Source: Octopus vulgaris
Lineage: Eukaryota
Length of the DNA: 64,000 bases
Assembly (NCBI GenBank): GCA_951406725.2
Contig: OX597824.1
Location: forward strand, 72,416,001 to 72,480,000
Direction of reading: 5' to 3'
Shown here one piece after another: positions 57,427 through 64,000 of this stretch; within the stretch, counting starts at the first letter, position 1; every line of letters starts with the position of its first letter. A program made the translations under genes and the position numbers. A model generated the notes under the pieces. It was not told where the DNA came from. It saw only the letters and a program-made list of their open reading frames with translations, and did no database searches.

Positions 57427-57642
57427 TTAATCCAAACATGAAAGCACAAAAAAACACAACAACGCGAGGACGTGGAACAAATATAGTATTATTGGACGCT
57501 CAGGAAAGAAGGAAAGAAGGAGGGTTTTAACGTTTCGAGAGGAGCTCTTCGTCGGAAACATAGGAGAAGGAAAGATCCAGAGAAGGGAAGACAGAGGAAA
57601 AAATCGCCAACGGTACACACGCAGTCACATTTTATATATATA

Positions 57643-57740
<98 letters not shown>

Positions 57741-57932
57741 GTTGAATAAATTATCTTAGTATGGATAATTCGGTTAACCGATACCTGGGTAGCAAATTCA
57801 CGTCAGAAAAACACGGTTGAAGCTACATGCCAAGGGCAGAGATCACGTGCTTTCGTGTGGAAATTTGTGTGTTTTTTTAATACAAATAAATGAAAGAATG
57901 GAGTTGAACGACGATTTAACAAAATTCCTTTA

Positions 57933-58015
57933 TTCTCGACATATGTTTCGAGGGCTGCATATTCCTAATTTCGAAGGAATAAGGGGTGCATTACGCCGCC
58001 TTCTCATCAGGAAAA
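57933..58015 (-). ncRNA. Type I hammerhead ribozyme with long stem II (solo PLE pLTR)
   Basis: Minus strand reads TTTTC-CTGATGA-(GGC..TATTCCT..AGGAATA..GCC stem)-CGAAAC-ATAT-GTC-GAGAA. Stem III is the palindrome ACATATGT. Confidence 0.75.
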
Positions 58016-58094
58016 ACATGGAATTTATGTCAGCATCAAGATGAACAAAAACACGGAGCCCATAGCGATAAATCGCTATGGGCTCCATTCTTTC

Positions 58095-58160
<66 letters not shown>

Positions 58161-58441
58161 TAAAGAACACAACAAACGGGAACGAACAAAACACAACATG
58201 CGGAAAAATAAACGATAGCACGACAAACGGCAAACAGGACAAAAACGAGATACACGGATCATTCTCAGCCGATTAGCTCATCAGTCGGAGTCCGGAAAGT
58301 CTTTGTAGTCTCGCCCCTTTTATCTCTGATACTACTCGAACCCGGTGGGTGCCAGAGACCTAAGCTAAAAGCATTAAGCCTCTGGGTAAGAGGCAAACGA
58401 ATGTATACAAAAACAAAAACAGGAACAGAAAGAAAGAGTAT

Positions 58442-58494
<53 letters not shown>

Positions 58495-58605
58495 TGTGTG
58501 AGAGCGACAGAGAGAGAGAGAGGGGGAGATAAAGAAAGAAAAAGAGGGAAAGAAAAAATGCAAGGCGAGAGTTAGTCTTAGAAGTTGATAAAAAATCAGT
58601 CTTAC

Positions 58606-58698
58606 CGCGACGAAGTAAGCGACGATTAACAAGCCGTGCTTCTGTCTTGAAGCTTTCTGGAAATTATGATAGTTTTCCGCATAATGTAAAATGTGAAC
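58606..58698 (-). CDS. alpha-carbonic anhydrase exon (VHILHYAENYHNFQKASRQKHGLLIVAYFVA)
   Basis: 93-nt phase 0-0 exon with ccttag acceptor and GCG|GTAAGA donor. Supplies the third zinc ligand (His119) and a GLAVL-like strand. Found by manual translation. Confidence 0.88.
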
Positions 58699-58825
58699 CT
58701 AAGGCGAGGAAAGAGCGATGCAACATTTCAATTAACAAGTCAGTTATAGGTAGGCAAACAAGGCAAAACCGGTCATCAAGCAGTAAAAGACAAACACAGA
58801 CGTGCATGCGTGTGTGCATGCATCT

Positions 58826-58976
58826 TATACATACATACACACATACATACATGCATACATACATACACACACACATACATAGATACATACATGCACATAC
58901 ATACATGCACATACATACATACATACATACATACATACATACATACATACATACATACACACACACATACATACAT

Positions 58977-59011
<35 letters not shown>

Positions 59012-59172
59012 TACATACATACATACATACATACATACATACACACACATACACACACATACATACATACATACATACATACATACATACACATACATGC
59101 ACATACACACACATACATACATACATACATACACACACATACATACATACATACATACATACATACATACAT
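58826..59172. repeat. (ATAC)n/(AC)n microsatellite
   Basis: Direct inspection. Confidence 0.95.
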
Positions 59173-59514
59173 GAGTCTGAGACCCCCTTCGGTCAGACAC
59201 TGACCATGGGATTGCACCTAGAAAGTTACCCTCTGAGGCACAAGTCTGGGCAAGGTTGTTAATGGAAGACCAGCAGTCGCCCATGCATACCAGCTTTCCC
59301 TCTCCATGCCACCAGTGTTATCCCAGGGAAAGGCAATGGGGCCGATACAGCTTGGCACCTGTGACATCGCAACTCATTTCTACAGCTGATCGAACTGGAG
59401 CAACGTGAAATAAAGTGTCTTGCTCAAGAACACAACACGGAGCCCGGTCCGGGATTCGAGCTCACAACCTCACGATCGTAAATGCGCCTTCACATACATA
59501 CATACTTACTAGCG

Positions 59515-59900
59515 GGGGAGGCGCAATGGCCCAGTGGTTAGGGCAGCGGACTCGTGGTCATAGGATCGCGGTTTCGATTCCCAGACCGGGCGTTGTGAGT
59601 GTTTATTGAGCGAAAACACCTACAATCCACGAGACTCCAGCAGGGATGGTGGTGATCCCTGCTGTACTCTTTCACCACAACTTTCTCTCACTCTTACTTC
59701 CTGTTTCTGTTGTACCTGTATTTCAAAGGGCCAGCCTTGTCACTCTCTGTGTCACGCTGAATATCCCCGAGAACTACGTTAAGGGTACACGTGTCTGTGG
59801 AGTGCCCAGCCACTTACACGTTAATTTCACGAGCAGGCTGTTCCTTTGATCGGATCAACCGGAACCCTCATCGTCGTAACCGACGGAGTGCTTCCACACA
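59515..59900 (+). mobile_element. tRNA-derived SINE, third family
   Basis: tggcccagtggttagg A-box and ggtttcgattccc B-box; cttactagcggg duplicated at both ends (TSD). Confidence 0.75.
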
Positions 59901-60129
59901 CTTACTAGCGGGACTTGTGAATATTTTCATGGAATTAATGGTAAATCTATTGGGCTTTTTCTGAAAACTTTATAAAAAAAAAACTGGAAGTGTAACCTAT
60001 GTTGTGTCTCTATCAAAAGATAATTGCTCATCTCCTAATCACTGAAAATTGGAATACGGGCATTACATAATGCAATTCATATAGACACTTTATAGACTTA
60101 ATACACAGCACCTCTCTCTCCTTTTTCTT

Positions 60130-61560
60130 TCTTTCTTCGCATTTCCCCATCAAATAATCGCGCGAAAGCGTTACAGACGGGCTAATAAACACCCTATCAA
60201 GCAGCCTTTCGAGGACTTCCGGCGTGGCTTGAACCACAATCTCGAGAGACTTCCCCTTCCAGTTTTCCGCCTCCTTTTTTTATTTGCAAAATGGTCATCT
60301 TTTCCTCCATGTCATACGTAATGGTTACCGCTATTCATATTACATCCAAACCTACCGGTACTTCATCTACTGTGATTTTGGCAGTTCGTCTGCCCAAATA
60401 AATCGGTAGCAGTATTACTTCTTCGCTTTTCAAAGTCATAGTAGACAGCTCCTTCGCCATATTTTCGTCTACGAATTGCGCTTCGACCATGAAATTCTTT
60501 CTTCCATGGCTGACGTATATTATTTTGTTTCATATAGGCGCTAAACATTTCTCACTTACCTCACTTTTGCACATCAAAATTCTTTTCTCCTTTAAATTGT
60601 ATGTATTGTAGACAACAGTTTTTGCTGTGATGTTTTGCATTATCTCTTAAGGAGGGAGAAGCTTCGTATCATTCTCTGTTTTTTTTCACAAGATTCTTGT
60701 ATTTGAACAGTTCGGCCATTGATATATCCAATATCATCATTTTGCCGACCACAGCGGCTGAAAAACTTGGTTTCTCTTTTGGCACTTGTTTTACATATTC
60801 ATTTTCATTATTATTTGACTTTTCCACCTCCGGGAAATCTTCTTTTGACAGTAAATTGTATTCCACAGCAAAAAAATTTTCACAGAAAGCAAATTTCACA
60901 AAAATGATTTTTTTTTTCAAAGATAATGTTTGACAGAAATAATTTTTGCCAAAAATAATGTTAATCAAAAATAATCTTTACCCTGCAAAAGGTAGAAATT
61001 AAACTTCCAATCACAGTTGTTGCCAACAATATTCCAAAATTTCAGAATTTATCGCTCTTATCTGTCTTTTCTTCCGCCATGTTCCCTTTTTCGTTTCTGC
61101 TGCATTTTCCGGCTTTTCGTTTCTTCCTTTTACCACTTTCGTAGCTTTTTGGGGAGGGGCTTCGTTGTCTTTCTTTTTCGTGCACTTCGAGCGGACGTGG
61201 CCCTTTTCTCCCCATTTGACGCAACGAGGCCTACGTCCCTCAATGGCTACTCTTATGGTTAGCCGTTCTCTTACAAAGATCCTATCGGGAAAATTTTCTA
61301 GTGTTTTGTTTGACGTTTGAACGACAAGAAGTTGACAGTTTCTTTTTTTCTTATTTGCAATATCGAAACCGCCTCCTCCACGTCGTAAAGGATCGCCGCT
61401 GCTACCCACATAACCTCATAACCAGCCGGCATCTCATCTACCGTAATTTTCAACGTTCTGCGACCCAAGTATGTGGGTAACAGAATTATTTCCTCGTTTC
61501 TTAAGGTTTTCGTGTAGACCTCCTTCGCTACGTTCGCTGATCTTGCAACAAGCAAAAAGG
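60130..61560 (-). mobile_element. Two tandem degenerate LINE ORF1 (gag-like, CCHC knuckle) remnants
   Basis: LPTYLGRRTLKITVDEMP and a diverged LPIYLGRRTAKITVDEVP; EGRRPRCVKWGEKGHVRSKC is a degenerate zinc knuckle. Confidence 0.6.
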
Positions 61561-61829
61561 CTGGTTCTAAAATCTCTCTAAGAGATGAACGCAGTAGTTG
61601 TACTAGCAGGTGATGGTCATAGCCACTTTAACATGGCTGTTCCGTTCGAACGGACTTTACTACGATTTTTTAACCCCAAGAGGACATCTCCAGCTGGTTA
61701 ACGATGCACAGCTGCATCCGATATATTGCGAGCAAGGGAGCGAATCCCTACCACCTTCTAGCGACGGGCTCTCAAAACAGTTGCGCTTTGTCAGTCATAA
61801 TACTGATGTTGTAAATCTAGCAGAACATA

Positions 61830-61952
61830 CTACCTTCATTCCTGTCCAGTCTACACATGTCCTTCGCATTCGGAGCCCATGACTCACACTCATGTAGTAC
61901 AGCCATTCTCACATAAGCATCATGCAATCTACTTTTCACTCTGAGTGAGAGA

Positions 61953-61997
<45 letters not shown>

Positions 61998-62002
61998 AAG
62001 AA

Positions 62003-62034
<32 letters not shown>

Positions 62035-62870
62035 TCCTTTTGTTATCAACAGAGGTAGTAGCTCTCTGAACTTCTATCCTATATTTATTATAGAAACAAT
62101 ACTTTCAGAGCATCCACTGTCGCTATTAATTTGGTCCCCTAAGTAGCAGAAACTATCTAGTTCCTTGTGCTCTTAGTGCTTATTGTTCTTGCGCATCTGC
62201 CACACACAAAAGCGACCTTATCTGTTTATCTACCTGCGATTTCACTGCATCTCTTCTACGTCCATAGGTTACACTTGGTGCAGCGAATAGAATTACTTTC
62301 CACTCCCTTCCTACATATTGAGACAGCCATTTTCCTGACGGAAAGAGAGTTTTATCTGCTTTTTTTTTGTTAACAAGAACTTTAGTCTAAGTTAACTAAG
62401 TGAACTTCAAGGCCCTTTGATTACGGGTTTTACTTCCAAACCCGGAACTTCTTCTCCAATTCTGCTTCAGATTCTGCATTAAGAGCGAGGTCATCAGCAT
62501 ATAGCAGTTCCCATGGGCATCCAGTTTTGAATTCATCTGTTATGGCCTTGAGAACTATGATGAAAAGTGGACTAAAACTGACTTCTAGTATACTATAGTC
62601 AGCACTGTATTCAAGGCCGACTCTCACCCTACTGACTGCACCTCCGTATATGACTTGTACGGCTCTAACAAGCTACTCCTTTACTCCAAGCTTCCTTAGA
62701 GATCACCAGATAAGAGAGTGGGGAACCCTGTTGAAAGCTTTCTCCAGGTCGATGAAGGCTAAGTACAATGGTTTACTTTTAGCCAAATACTTTTCTTGCA
62801 GCTGTCTCACTAGGAAGATGGCATCTGTGGCACTCTTCCCGAGAACCAAACTAAACTGCATCTCATCCAT
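61830..62870 (-). mobile_element. Degenerate RTE-clade LINE fragment
   Basis: DEMQFSLVLGKSATDAIFLVRQLQEKY and CPWELLYADDLAL. Confidence 0.85.
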
Positions 62871-63081
62871 TATATGTATATATTATTCTTATACAAGATT
62901 GTTGTTAATAATGAATTTGTACTCTACAAAGTACAGAGTAAAATTATGTTTATTATCACTGAACATAAAAACAAACATACACATACACACATACACACAA
63001 TTATACACATAAAAAAAATATGCACTTACACAAGCATACACTTGTATGCTCACAATGTCAACAATTGTAAGGTTCACCTAC

Positions 63082-63227
63082 CTCCATGGGGTACCGTTTT
63101 CCATTAAGCATATGTTCTGATCCCACGATATCGTTCATTCCCCAGTGGAAGTGAACCTGGTGCGCTATATACCTTCCATCTAATTCTCCACCAGAGACAA
63201 TACCCTCACTCTTCACTTCTATGGCCA
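63082..63227 (-). CDS. alpha-carbonic anhydrase exon (QVHFHWG...GSEH...YPME)
   Basis: Alpha-CA signature with zinc ligands His94/His96 and Glu106. ttttgcag acceptor and GAG|GTAGGT donor. Upstream exons were not found in the window. Confidence 0.93.
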
Positions 63228-64000
63228 CTGCAAAACAATAAGGTTTTGTAGAGGGACACGTTGTGATGTAATGTAGTAATGTATAGTGTATAAGAGGGTG
63301 CTGAAACATTTCTGGTTGGAGGCCCAGCTTTCCGAGTTCTTTTACAGAGCTTAGAAAAACTGAAGGACCACTGCAATAAATAAGAGGGGAATATGTTGAA
63401 AAAAAAAAAATTAACTGATCCTCCTGTATTTTCTTTTATCCAAGCCCAGGAACGGTTCAGCAACCCTTCGTATAAAGTGTATAAGAATTGCCGAAGTTGT
63501 TAGAGGTGTTGGAATGAATGCTTGGTCTGTTTGTTCCAGCTCTCTGCGCTCTGAGTTCAAATCCTACTGATTTGCTTTTCATTATTTCTATTTGGATTGT
63601 TAAATGAACCGCAATTTAGCACTGGGTTTGACTCTTAATCATCTCTGTCTTCTTCACTTTCTCTCTATCACACACACTCTCTGGAAGAAATGGGGTTGTG
63701 TTCAGGTCCAGTGTGAGGCGGAATGAGATGAATGGGCACTGCTCGCTGGGTATAGAAATCGTTTTGGTAACAGTACATTTTGGAACTGGAGGCAAGCACG
63801 CACATTCATACATAAATGCATGCGCAAGCAGAAATATGTGCATACTAATAGAATGAATGAGCAAGGTATATATGTATGTATATATATATATATATATTAT
63901 ATAGAGGGCATTCTTACACATAAATGCCTCACACTAAGAGGGACATAAGTCATTTCTACCAAAAATTTCACTAATCATACCTGATAATTTCTTGTTAAGA

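Noticed and set aside
59515-59590. tRNA gene
   Set aside because: A/B boxes are present, but it is the head of a TSD-flanked SINE with no clean cloverleaf.
63616-63921. Candidate upstream CA exon
   Set aside because: No QSPI or NNGH motif and no convincing splice sites.

Overview
AT-rich, microsatellite- and transposon-dense eukaryotic DNA. The SINE/LINE repertoire resembles octopus, which is inferred rather than verified. Two convergent spliced genes can be rebuilt from splice sites and reading frame. The first, on +, is the last three coding exons of an LRRC58/LRRC28-like leucine-rich-repeat protein ending in a CaaX-like CCLQ. The second, on -, is five exons of an alpha-carbonic anhydrase spanning more than 37 kb. 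Its terminal exon and 3' flank are tandemly duplicated, and the two intact copies differ almost only by amino-acid-changing substitutions. The rest is CR1/L2-like, RTE and Penelope-like (PLE) retroelements, SINEs, Helitron and hAT remnants and (TA)n/(CA)n tracts. Most supplied ORFs are microsatellite or antisense artefacts. The main unexplained structures are many fold-back PLE-type insertions carrying hammerhead-ribozyme motifs, a ~200-nt multi-stem motif conserved by covariation in four diverged copies, and several short local templated duplications.
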